Shown: positions 37,031 to 48,860 of the stretch, piece after piece
How positions within the stretch are numbered: position 1 is the first letter of the stretch
How the letters are laid out: every line of letters begins with the position of its first letter
The notes under the pieces: generated by a model
Databases searched by the model: none
Told to the model about the DNA's origin: nothing
The model's input: the letters and a program-made list of their open reading frames with translations, nothing else
Made by a program: the position numbers and the translations under genes
Assembly: GCA_030265395.1 (NCBI GenBank)
Contig: JARFYF010000074.1
Location: 87,385,893-87,449,892, forward strand
DNA length: 64,000 bases
Origin: Rhina ancylostomus
Lineage: Eukaryota
Direction: 5' to 3'

Positions 37031-38605
37031 TTGCATTTTATTGATTAATGCACTTTTTATGCCTTGGAAGTTCATGTGAGAATTCCTTCCTACTTTCTTG
37101 CCACATACTGTTACTCCTCTTGTCATTGCCATCTGAAGAACAAGTATCAGAATATTAATGATTTTAATGGACCAGATGGAACTGTTGCTAGTCTGTCCTT
37201 CGAAAAACACAACTGATGCCAGTATATCTGACCTCTGCTCAGCTGGCCACAAGTACAGTAATGCTTCCAGATTTTATTGAACTGAAGGGCAAGATGTCAA
37301 ACTGTTTAAGCCATTGGGGTTATAATTGGGGGGTGGAGCCTTGTGTTCTGTTGCTACAAGATCTGAACTAGGATGTTCAGTGGAGGGCACTAGTCTAGGA
37401 TATTCAAGGGTGCTGCATTGGGTGAGTGGCTGTGTGATTTGAAAGCAGGTGATTGAAACTGATCTGGCCCAATATGTAGACTAAACCACATGACCAAGAA
37501 AATCAAATAATGTTTTTATAATGAGAATGGAAACTATTTGCATTTTGCAGGCATTTCCTTAACCAAGAATGAACATTTTTATCAAAATTCATCTGTTGAT
37601 GCTGTTTTAGTTTCTGTAATTTCCATTTAGTTGGCAAGTGTACAGATCAAGGCATAAATGTGTTTGAGTATAAATGATCATTTCAATGAGATTGGTAATA
37701 GAAAATCACTTTTGGGCAAAGATTCTTTGGGTCCTGAATGATGTTGAGGATTGAGGGCCATTGTAATAATAGTACAAATTCTGGCTGCACTTGCTCCTTT
37801 TGAAGATCCCTGCCGCATAAATTGATCATGTAGTTGTGAATGGTTAGCATGTCCTTCACTTTCCGGTTGCAGTATTAGGAAATCTCTCATTGCTTTCAAA
37901 GGGACAGTTTTTGAGGAACTTGCAAATGCTGGCACGATGATGAAAAAGACCTGATATTTCTGTGCTGATGTGCACACACTTGATTAGTCAGTGATTGCTA
38001 AGATGCCCAGTGATGAAGCCAATCTTCCATTATCCTGAAATCAATAGCCCCTGTTCTTGCACCACCACTTTATTTCTACGTGGCCCATGGTGGACTCAAT
38101 GCAGGGAACCTGGCTTCAACAGTTCAGCTGAGTGCAGCGTAGCAGCTGGCTCAGTGTAAGTATCTGGCTATATTTGCTGATTATTTTTGATAGCCAGTGA
38201 GTCTATCTCTGAGTCTGTTAAAAGCACTCCGGAATGTTTGAATGGCTATGATATTCACATGTATGTGGGGGTAAAAAAAATTTAAAGATGATTTCAACCA
38301 CAACACGAAACAATATAACAATTATTAGTGTGTTTTTGTAGAATATTAAACTTATCTATATATTAATATAGTCTCCCTGTAGCAGGCACTGCTTTGCTGA
38401 GCTAAGATTCATGGCTTTTCAGCTGATTTTTCTGAAGGTGCCAGAAGGAAGAACATTATTTGTCAAAAAACTCATCCATACCTTTTGTTACAATCTCATT
38501 TGTGTGCTGTCTTCCTTGCTCTAAATTTGAAATGATTCACTCTAGCTGCCTATATGCTAATTTCCTCATGGATGTACTGAATTTATTTTTTTTTCTTTGT
38601 TTTAG

Positions 38606-38869
38606 AAAGATGAAGACAAACACAAAATTGGAAATGTGGAATATTCAGGCTTAGGAGGATTTGGTGGCTTTCCTTTGCAGTACTATCCATACTATGGCAA
38701 GCGCCTGCAGAAAAGTTATCTTCAACCCTTGGTTGGTATTCAGTTCACCAACCTCACGTACAACATGGAGTTGCGCATTGAGTGTAAAGTGTTTGGTGAT
38801 AATATTTATTATAGTGAAAAAGATCGCTCGCAGGGGCGCTTTGAAATAAAAATTGAGGTTAAAAGCTGA
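38606..38869 (+). CDS. ATP1B1: ATP1B1 coding exon 6 ([15 protein letters not shown]...[20 protein letters not shown]...[11 protein letters not shown])
   Basis: Acceptor ttttag|; YYPYYGK and YLQPL motifs; TGA followed by TAA. Exon lengths sum to 100+129+156+185+84+264 = 918 nt = 305 aa + stop. Confidence 0.97.
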   Translation, partial: KDEDKHKIGNVEYSGLGGFGGFPLQYYPYYGKRLQKSYLQPLVGIQFTNLTYNMELRIECKVFGDNIYYSEKDRSQGRFEIKIEVKS

Positions 38870-39720
38870 TAACTGCAATAGAATTTGCCCCTTATTACAA
38901 ATTAGTCTTGAACAAACTGTCATACATATGGGACCTACACTTAATCTGTATGCTTTACACTAGCTTTCTGCATCTAGTTATGTAAAATAAAAGCAATAGT
39001 AGTACATATTTATTCTACTGTAAATGATACTACTTGAGCCATGGGTTTGCCCATTACTGTAAATTATAATTCCACTAATGTGTAGCAGTGTTTCTGTCCT
39101 TTGGGTATTGCTGCCTTGTGCCTCATGTGGGTTTGAGTGTACAGTACTGTAGTGCATTCACTGGTCTTTCAAGCCATGTTGCAGTTTTTTAAGCAAACTT
39201 CGCTTTCCAAGTTGTAAATACTCTGAAAATTGCAATGGTACTTCATTCTGTTATGCCCATGTGTATGAACATACTGCACTCTTTTTTTTTGTCAGGAGGG
39301 TGGGTGGGTAGGAGAATATGCTTTTTTTTCCTTTTGGCAACATTGGTGCAGGGTGCTGGGTTTTATTACACTTAGGTTGGAGGTTGAAGCAGAACTATGT
39401 TGAGATCTGGGTCTGGTTGTCAAGCTACTTTGATTAATTAAAGGTTATCTGCTGGAGCCATCATGTCATGTCTTTGAATGCTTTAACCAGTTATGGTGAA
39501 AGATTTTATATTTATGCAGTTGTACAATTTTTCTGCAAAGTGTAATGTATAAAAGATACCAAAGTCACTGGTAAAATCATCTTTATTTGAAGTAAACCAA
39601 TGCAGTAGGATGTTCATGTTAAAATGCAAATGCAATGTAACATCTGTAAACTTGTTTGGAGAACAGTGCTCCTCACCTGATTTAAAGCATCAGAAAAATA
39701 AAACTTAAGAACCCATTGTT
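38870..39720 (+). other. ATP1B1: ATP1B1 3'UTR with several candidate poly(A) signals (AATAAA at 38986, 39697; further at 39840, 40051)
   Basis: The hexamers are seen directly. The UTR end is inferred and there are no transcript data. Confidence 0.7.
39582..39587 (-). promoter_or_regulatory. Candidate NME7 polyadenylation signal (AATAAA on - strand)
   Basis: tttatt on +, about 170 nt downstream of the NME7 stop. Further copies at 39362-39367 and 39009-39014. Confidence 0.55.
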
Positions 39721-39755
39721 GTGGAACTTTTCTGGAAGTTAACATTTAGGCCTTG

Positions 39756-39788
39756 TCAGTTGTCCAAAATCTTGAAAAAATACTGGAC
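39756..39788 (-). CDS. NME7: NME7 (nucleoside diphosphate kinase 7) terminal coding exon (VQYFFKILDN*)
   Basis: Minus strand reads tttacttttcag|GTC CAG TAT TTT TTC AAG ATT TTG GAC AAC TGA. This matches the vertebrate NME7 C-terminus as I recall it, and NME7 is the known convergent neighbour of ATP1B1. Confidence 0.93.
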   Translation of the reverse strand, partial: VQYFFKILDN

Positions 39789-41039
39789 CTGAAAAGTAAA
39801 AGGTTTAACTATAAGTACATGATGGTACTGAAGTACACCAATAAAGCCAAACACATATTCAACAACCCTTGGGATTGCAGATGAAATACTCTGGTGTTCA
39901 CTTTGACACTTCTGCAGGTGTCTAGCTATTAGAAAATAACAGCAAGTACAATAGGACTTTGATGTAGGGTGGAAGGCTCATAGCTGCACAATGTGGCCAC
40001 TGCATCTGTTGCATTTTATATTTATAGTCAAACTACAGCAGTTCCCAAGCAATAAAATGGGAGATGTCAGGTCCTGGAAGAAAGCTAATTATTGAAATTG
40101 GTTTCAATGTCTTTAAATTTATGCCAAATATTCAGTGGACCCTGTCTCAATGACAGCTATGATAGTATGCAAAATTCACTATGGGGGTTTATAGCTGCCA
40201 GTGGTTAAGTGCAGCTAGTTACCAATACTGAGAAAAAGCTCCTTGTGCTACACTGAGCTATTATTCCAACAGCAGTACATTGGGAGCTAGCTGTATAGAA
40301 TGAGCAAATAGCCAACAATTTGAAAGTAATTTATATTAAAATCTGCTCCAAATTTCCCAACAATCTTGGGTAATAATCATCTGTGTGAATCAAAATTAAG
40401 AACTTCATTTGTTCTATGAAGTTATTGTGCATTTCAGTTCTAGATTCTAGGAAGAGGAATGTATTCTCTAGTTGGTTACACTAGGATAAAAGCAGCTGAA
40501 AGTCAGTAACTTTGGTTTTGAGGATTAATTTGGTAACACTGAGCCATTGAAAAGGCTTAGTTTTCCTGTTATACTATAGTGTTTCAATTTACTAAAATCT
40601 TGCATCTAGTTCACATTACTTTTAACCTTTATCATTTTTAGTCATGAGGCTCTTGAATAAAAACCTTTCAATCTGGCTGTTGCTTTTTATGGGATTCCCA
40701 GGTTATTGATGTTAATCTGTCATCTTGCATTGCAGCTTATTCAACACATTGTTTGCATATTATGAATGCTCACCAAACAATGACATTTATATATTCCCAC
40801 TGATCAACCAGTCTCCTAAGGTAACAAACCTGTGAACATTTTAGATTTAAAAAAACCCTACTTTTTGATGTTCTATTTTGTATAACACATTTTGGTGCTT
40901 CTATATTGATTTGGATTGAAACTAGAAATCTGGTCCCAAGATTAAATTTGGGCAAAAATGAAAGTTGATATATCATCAGCCACTGAAGCCATATAGTTTG
41001 TTCCAAGACTTCACCTGTAAACTAGCTTTTCTTTCCTAC

Positions 41040-41147
41040 CTCCAGAACTCCATCTTCCAGAAGGTCTGTACAATGCACTGCATTCTGAACTTTAGTTTTT
41101 CCATAGAGGGCACGCAAGCTGTGAGGCCGTAGGTGACGAGCTATTTC
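41040..41147 (-). CDS. NME7: NME7 penultimate coding exon (EIARHLRPHSLRALYGKTKVQNAVHCTDLLEDGVLE)
   Basis: Minus strand ttttgtag| ... |gtagga; 108 nt, phase 0. NAVHCTD motif of the second NDK domain; splices in frame to 39788. Confidence 0.95.
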
Positions 41148-41664
41148 CTACAAAATTTAGAAGTGATTTAATTATCCTTTTTTGAAAGCCAGAGAACAAA
41201 CTTGTCCTTTACCATATATTACCCCTATATTAAAAGCTAAGTTTCTACATTTGTCAAAAGGCATTTGTATTGGAGCATAAAATTGGTATCAAATATCCTA
41301 AATGAAGGATTGAGAGATATGGTTGAATCAGAACAATAAATCATCCATTCTTTCTATGGCATTGAGTAGAAATCCAATTGATATCAAATTGGCTTGTTTT
41401 TTTTAAATGATAGGAACCCCAGAAGGAAGCAGTCTGGCTGAAGACGGCTGCAACTGTTTCACTTAATCTTTGGCATTCAGAAAATGGACTCTGTCATTAT
41501 TCAGCCTGGGAATGTTTTTAGAACAGTCTATTAGCCCACCATTCATGGTAATGTTAGGACTGCAGACCTTTTATCTGATCCACTGGTTGTGGGATTACTG
41601 AATGCTGCTTTTACTGTTAATGTAGATATTGTAGCTTTTACAGGTTAGCACTTCATTTTTAGGA

Positions 41665-41745
41665 TGCAGGTCCTCCCCAGTTTAAGATAGGGTTCCATTC
41701 CTGAGAACTTAATACAAACAGTTCGTAAGTCAGAAATGCAGCCAC
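41665..41745 (+). mobile_element. Possible Tigger/pogo-like terminal remnant
   Basis: caggtcctccccagtttaagatagggttccattcctgagaac..gttcgtaagtc resembles recalled Tigger-type ends. No partner end was located. Confidence 0.3.
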
Positions 41746-43199
41746 CTGGCAATACATTTAAATAAAAACAGACTGACCAAGGGCTAAGTGTAGTTAAACC
41801 AGAGCATTTAACTTAGCCATTCAGATTTCTTTGGTAAGAAGCAATTATATTGTAGGAAAATTATTCTCAATTTCTCTGTGCTGTGGTTAATGGTTTTAAT
41901 AACAAAATCCATCACGCCAGTCTCTCTAACACTGGTTCATTTCTGCAGGCTGTCTATAAGATCTTTACCAACTGCAGCTCCCAGTGAACCAGGGTTGGCA
42001 AGGCCAGTGTTTACTGCACAATCCTAATAGCTCTCAAGATTGTAGTAGGGAGCCCCTTCTTTGAAGCATTGCATTCCAATGGGGTGACAATTCATTATCT
42101 ATTTGTCCAGTCTTGATTTTCACAATACTGTATAGTTTGCATTTCTGAATATTACATTAATTTCTACTCTCCATGTTTACTCTCCATGTTTACCTATTTC
42201 TAACATTGCAACTGCATTTGGTGACACAGAACCTGCAGTTCTGGGATCTCAAACTATTACCATTTGTCTTGGTATGGAAGGAGTTAAAACCACCGCCGTG
42301 AAGTAATACTGCTTTTTCAATGCATTGTTCAGGTTTCACAGTAAGATCTGGCTTTAGACTTCACAGATTGGATCAAAACGACAAACACTCATGAGCTAAA
42401 TGCCAGAGAGAATCAAAAGGCATCACTTAACCGTGGATGACATCAAGAAGCTTTAGTATAAAATGTATCAATCAAATACTCTCTGGGATCTGGAATAATA
42501 CTTGACAGAAACGGTATGGTTTTAGTTGGCAGCTGACCATTATAAGCATCAGCACAGAGTGCAGGATATCTTCAGGGAAGTGGTCTTAGTCTAAATATCT
42601 ACACCATCAGCGTCAATCTTCAGTCTAATTGTAATCTAGACACAGGGCTATTCGCTGACAGCCCTAGTGTGTAGTTCCTTCCACCACTCCTTGAACAATG
42701 AAAAAGACCAATCTAGGTATTTCCAGACTTGGGAGTTGCAAGTGATAAGTAACATGTATCATGTAAGTGTCAAGCAGTGACCACCAATAGTGAGAAAAGC
42801 CCCAGCCATCCATCAATGAATACCCCATTAGTGAACGGGGTCCACCACTGACAAAAGAAGCAGATCGTGGCCAAATAGTAGCCTTTCTGGGTTAGAATGC
42901 CACTCCAGTGACGAGATCAAAGGTGCAGCTCTCGAACCCTAACATGCCATCAAGTGAGATACTTATGTCTAATTGGTTATGAAGACTCCCCTTCTGTTGT
43001 ATGTAGTGTGGAGGAAAATATTCTTAATACTGTGGATTAACCACCCAACAGCAAAAACGTTGATGCATACAGCAACAGATAAGTGTAGGACTTGGAGAGG
43101 AAATCTGCAATTTGATTCAACAGTGGGAAACAGAAACCTTTCCGACTAAATCTGGAGTTAGGCAAACCTGCCCTCCTTTGTCTTGTTTATTATATTGTA

Positions 43200-44520
43200 T
43201 CAAGTGTTTTATCAATAGGTAGAATGTGGGGATAAAGAGTTAAGACATTATGCAGGGGTTCAAGTTGAAGCTTCCATGTACACAGATGATGTCACCACCT
43301 TCTGTTAGAACCACTATGTCTTCAGATTAATAAGCATCTGTGACCTATCTGAACTCCCTCAGGTGCCAGTGTGAATTGCAGCCATGCCATGTTTTTGGTA
43401 AAAACTGATTGATAGTTGTTTCAAGTCAATTCCTAAGAATGCTGCGTATGTGGTTCAGAGAAGCTGGGGAATGCTAGAAGATGATCAACTTGGTGAAACT
43501 TGCAGATTAGTTGCCTGAATTTTACAGTGTGGACCATATAACCATGGTGAAGCAGAAGTTGGGATTATGGGAGCAGCTTTGCTGCTTGATTGCAGAAAAG
43601 AACCTGGTCATCAAATATGAGACATCTTTGGTCTTAATGAGGTGAAGGCGTGACCTAGACTCCACAGCAATGCTCACCCAAGATATCTTCCATTTCATCT
43701 GCAAATTGAAAATGAATTGTGTCTATAATGATATGATGTACTAAACTCAAGGAAAGGTGGGGAGGGGAGTGTGAAATATACCCAATATGGTCCTTATCCC
43801 ACATAATGATGGTTAGCTTCATGTGTGGCTGTGTGTAGATTGTAAGCACGCAAACATAAAATGTCACTGCATGCTATGGTCCTGATTTTGCAAAGGATAG
43901 GTCTGGCCACATTGTCAGGGAAACTCCATTCAGTGAATTGTGCTATCTCACTTGTCCCTCATAGAAATGGTTGCACATAAGAACACCTATGACTGCAAAT
44001 CAATAAGGCAGTGTCTTCAAGGCCTTGGGGGAATTGATGATAGTGGATCCTTTTGGATGGTTCAAAGTCATTTGACAGAATGTCTCATTAATGGAAGTTT
44101 CAAACAAGCATCAAGCCCTTCACCAAAGCCAGAATCTCGGTGGCACTGTGTAAGCACTGCCCTCGAGGTAGCTGTGGTGGGGATGAGACTCAGTTATCTC
44201 CTTCTGGAATCTACATTTGTGAAGGAGTCTGTAGAAGGATCCAGTGGTCTTTGTCAATGGTCATCCATACACTATATAACACTGGACTCTGTCCCTTTCG
44301 TACTGCTTCTGGGGATGCACACATTCAAATGTCAACTGCTGTTGGAAGGTGATCAACTCAGTAAAAGACACACTTTTGTCGCCTGAAACTTGTTGGTCTT
44401 CAGTGAATGTTGTAGAGTGGCATATTCCAAAGTCCAGGAATGTTGAGGGATGCACTGAGGCTGATGCAGCCACCACAAAGGCTCTATGTTCAAAAGCCAC
44501 AGCTTGAGGCCCTCCCACTG
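43200..44520 (+). mobile_element. Decayed Tx1/L1-clade LINE (RT to C-terminus)
   Basis: gttgaagcttccatgtacacagatgatgtcacc translates to V-E-A-S-M-Y-T-D-D-V (YxDD), followed by a degenerate ..SICD..EL.SGA.VN.. stretch typical of Tx1. Many stops and frameshifts. Confidence 0.6.
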
Positions 44521-44924
44521 CATATTGAGAGGCTGGAACCCATGTAAAAAAAACCCTCATTGCTTTAGTAATGCATATGGAAGAAAAACTGCAGTCATGC
44601 TAATACTGAAAGCAAATGAAGTGATACATCTTATATTGTGAATAGTGACATATGAATGTATTATACTAATATTTGCAAAATTTATGCATGAAGAATAATC
44701 TTGAGAGAAAAAGTACATCATACTTAGCAGGCTGCAAATCAACATGCAAATTCATCATCTACATCACACCATAAAAGCAAATCAACATCATGGCAGCAAA
44801 TATGCAACAAAGATATTGTACTCATGACTCCTTAAAAGTTCTCCATCTATATTTTAATTCAGGGGTACAATTAATGGGTTCTGCTGCAACAACATTCAGG
44901 AAGCTTGAAACAAACTACAGTAGA

Positions 44925-46520
44925 GCAGAACACTGGAAGAACTCAGCAGGTCAAGCACCATCTGTGGAGACATTCAACAGGGAGAGAATGAAGGGCAGAC
45001 AGAACCAGATGGGAAGAGGAGTTGAGGAAGGTGAACAAAGGGAAAAGAAAACTGGTGAGCATGTGTGGGAGAAGAACACTAGATGCGGGGGTTACTTGAA
45101 ATTTGAAAATTCAATGTTTACATCAGTGGGTTGTCAACTTCCCAAGCAGGATACAAGATGTCATTCTTCCAATTTGTATTTGGCCTCATCTTAGCAATGG
45201 AGAAGGTCAAGGACAGACTGGTTGGCATAAGAATGGGAAGGAGAATGCAAAATGGCCTTTGTGGAGAGAGTGCAGGTGCTCTGCAAATCGGTCACTTAGA
45301 CTACACTTGGTTCCACTAATATCGAGGAGGCCACTTTGTGAGCACCAAGTGCATTAGACCAGGTTGGAAGAGGTGCAGGTGAACCTCTGCCTCACTTGGA
45401 AGGGCTGCTAAGGTTCCTAGCTGGTGATGAGGGAGGAGGTGAATGGAAACATGTTAAACATCCTACGACTGCAGGGGAAAGTGTTGGGGAAGGGGCAATA
45501 GTGGGTGGGACACGATGAGCAGACCAGGAGTTACAAAGAGAGTGATCAATGTGAAAGTACAAAGGGGGTAGAAAGAGCAAGATGCGACTGGTGGTGGATC
45601 ACACTGGAAATGGCAAAAATGGCAGAGAATGGTGCAGTGAAAAGTGAGGACCAAGGGAATTAACATTACTATTGCTGTTTGGAGACACAAGAGACTCTGG
45701 ATACTAGAATCTGTGGCAATAAACTAACTGTTGGAAGAATTCAGCAAGTCAGGCAGCATTTGTGCAGGGAAATGGACAGTTGACATTTTGGGTTGAGACC
45801 CATCACCTAGACTGAAAGACGAGANNNNNNNNNNNNNNNNNNNNNNNNNNNNNNNNNNNNNNNNNNNNNNNNNNNNNNNNNNNNNNNNNNNNNNNNNNNN
45901 NNNNNNNNNNNNNNNNNNNNNNNNNNNNNNNNNNNNNNNNNNNNNNNNTAGTGAAAAAGTCTTGAGAAGCAATAGGTGGAGGTATCAAAGGGCTGCAGAT
46001 TATGGAATCTATTGCTGTTCCATCTCGGGAGAGGAGGGTTTGAGAGCAGATGTATGGGAAATAGAGGAAATGTGTGCAAGGGCTCCATCATCCATAACAG
46101 AGGGGAAGCCCTGTTTCGGGAAGAAAGAGGACATTTCAGAAGCTTGTGAGCAGAAGGCCTTATCTTGAGAACAGATGTGGTGGAGATGGAGAAATTGAGG
46201 AAAACATTGAATGTTCCAATTTCAGATACCCCAGTGTTCTCCTCCAACACATACTTCACCCGTAGATCTCGTCTTCTTACTTTGTTCCTCTTCCCCATCC
46301 CTACCCCCATCTGGTTCCACCTATCACCTACCAGCCTCTGTCCCAGTCCCCATACTGCTGTACATTTGGCAATCTTTCCACTTCCCTCTCAGTCCTAATG
46401 CAGCATCTCAGCCCGAAACGTTGATTTACACCTTTTACCTCCACAGATGCTGCTTACACACTGAGTTCTTCTAGCATGGTTTGTTGTTCCAGATTCCAGC
46501 ATCAGCAGTTTCTTCTGTCT
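44925..46520 (-). mobile_element. Penelope-like element body (GIY-YIG end/RT C-terminus) between inverted termini, with a nested terminus insertion at 45680-46008
   Basis: Termini at 44925 and 46390-46520 face opposite ways. Minus-strand peptides LIPLVLTFHCT and a degenerate E.HL.S.LGS.QPTD.NIEF are seen. Confidence 0.7.
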
Positions 46521-47074
46521 TCAGATAAAAGAACAGGTCTCTTGATCAATGCTACAATGGAAGCTACCCTTCTTGGTAACGTCCAATCCCTGGGGAATAA
46601 TGGATTAGTTCTTTCAATGTTTTCTATTATCCACAATCATACTTTATAATTAAATTTCCATTCTATATTGTCCAAATCAAGGTTCATAATTCTATGTCTG
46701 GCTTTCTTTAAACCTGAAGCCCTTGTTTTGGACTCCTCACAAATTTGACATGGAATTCCGTTATGATACCTCTCCCCAAAGGACTGTCATCAAAAGGTAC
46801 TAATCTCCCATTACACAATACCAAATCTAAAACAGCCTGTTGCGTATTTGCTTCCTCAAGGTGCTGTTATAGAAAACTCTCCTGAACATATTCCATGGAC
46901 TTATTCTCGAAACTATTTATTGCCAGTTAGTTGACCCACTCTACACAAAGATCAAAACATCAATTTTGTTGCATGCTCTCCTATTTCCTGACCCATTCTC
47001 TGTACAATATTATTACCGTTGGGGGTCTACAAATTACCCCCAGTGTTTTCTGCCCCATGCTACATCTAGACTCT

Positions 47075-47205
47075 ACATTCCAATTTTGATGAAGGGTCAC
47101 AGATAGAAAATATTGATTGTTTCTCTTTCTGCAGATGTTGCCTGACTTGCTGTATTTTTCCAGCATTTTCTGTTTGTGTTTCAGATTTCCAGCATCTGCA
47201 GTTTT
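47075..47205 (+). mobile_element. Solo Penelope terminus with decayed hammerhead, adjacent to an antisense CR1 endonuclease remnant (~46700-47075)
   Basis: ttttgatgaagggtcacagatagaaaatattgattgtttctctttctgcagatgttgcctgacttgctg...cagatttccagcatctgcagt. Confidence 0.6.
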
Positions 47206-48701
47206 TTTGATTTTCATTAGCTTTAGCCAACTTGGTTTTGCACATACATGCAACTTTTGAACAGGATGATATACAATACCCATAAGAAAAGAACGCATCA
47301 TGATTAAGACAGAAGTTCTAACACTAAGACACTTCACAGTACTACATTAGAGGGGGAGACAAAATAGTGTTTCTAGGATGGGGGTTGAAAACAACCTTCT
47401 GACCAAGGCAAATACCTAAAATTAGCCAAGTTTTACTTTAAAACATTTATTTCATCAATTGAATAAAATTAAAATTGTAGTGATAGATTTACACAAGTAA
47501 ATAACACCCAGGTCTCATTTATCAGACTTGTGCTTCCAACCCATTTATTCTCACAAAGGTCTCCTTTATCCTCATCTTTCACCCAGCCATCAATGATTCA
47601 CCCTTCCAATAACCTACAACATAATCCACTTTCAAACAAACATTTCACTGTTCTAGACCAACTGGTCCATTCTTCCCTATTCTACCATACCAATTGCTGA
47701 CTATTATTCTCTACCCAGCTTCTTGTAAAGCTCCAGCAAATACAATGCCTTTCCATCTATTTCCTTAAACCTCAGTGTCCAGGGCTTCAAACAAACTTCT
47801 TAATTTATGTAGTAATTCACATAGAGCTTCTCCAAATAAGTATGTTGCATTCATTGCATGGGAAAGGAAACAGCAGGCTTAACATCTGTCTGTGGTCATT
47901 TCTTAGCAGGCTTCATTTTACAAGTGTAAAGTAGGCATTCAAGCATCTAGCATGGTGCCTGCATGCACATTCCACCATAAAGGCTCCTGCATTGGTGCCC
48001 TCAGCACATTCTTGATGGGCAATGGTTTCTTTGCATTTCAAACAGGGATCTTGACACCCATTTCAGAACTCCAGCTAAATACATTCATAACTGAACACAG
48101 CATGTAAAATACTGCAGAGGTGGAGGAGCCCATTAAGCTCTTAAGAAAATTAAAGCCATGAAGGTTCATTTATTCAAAAGGATATTCCTTAATAGTGTTA
48201 AAAGATAATACCATTAAAATAGCATTTAGTAGCCAGGGAAGGAAGTGGAAGATATAGGTATCAAATCTAGACTCATCTCAGTTGTGTGGAAATGTCTTTA
48301 AGAATGGATGGAGAGATTGCAAATCTGAAGACTGTTCTGCTCAAAAGAAGTCATGTGTAAATGACTCAATAATAGTCACAGAAATTATGCATTTATTATG
48401 GATGACTGGCAAAAAAAAATCAGATAAACTTTTCATACAGATTAGCTAATAACATGGGGGTTGTCCTTTTTGAAATTGTTTGAGAAAGAAAATGGAGGGT
48501 TTAAACACACATTGTCTGTGATTGTATAGTAGCAGGGAAGAGGTGGTATCATAAGGAGAGTCTTGGCCTAGAAGTTTTGCTTTCATGTGGCACATTAAAC
48601 CAGCATTGCAGGGGGATCCACTCCAGTTTTGAGAGGCTCTGCTGCAGGAGCAATATTCTATTATGCATAGAACCCAAGCAAATGCAACAGAATCAGGCTT
48701 A

Positions 48702-48860
48702 TGGGCAGCACAGCTGAGCTGCAGATTGTGCAGCCGTCTCACAGTTCTAGTGACCCTGGTTTGCTTCTGATCTCTGGTGCTGTGTGGAATTTGCACATTC
48801 TTGTGACATGGGTTTCCCCACGAGTTCTTGATGGACCAAATGGTCTCCTTCTATGTTATA
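48702..48860 (+). mobile_element. Internally deleted V-SINE
   Basis: tRNA-like head, partial V-domain (gtgtggaatttgcacattcttgtgacatgggtttcccc) and tail gatggaccaaatggtctcctt. Confidence 0.55.

Noticed and set aside
39753-39758. NME7 stop in a TGA-C context (possible readthrough)
   Set aside because: Not the strong TGA-CTAG motif, and no evidence of a conserved extension.
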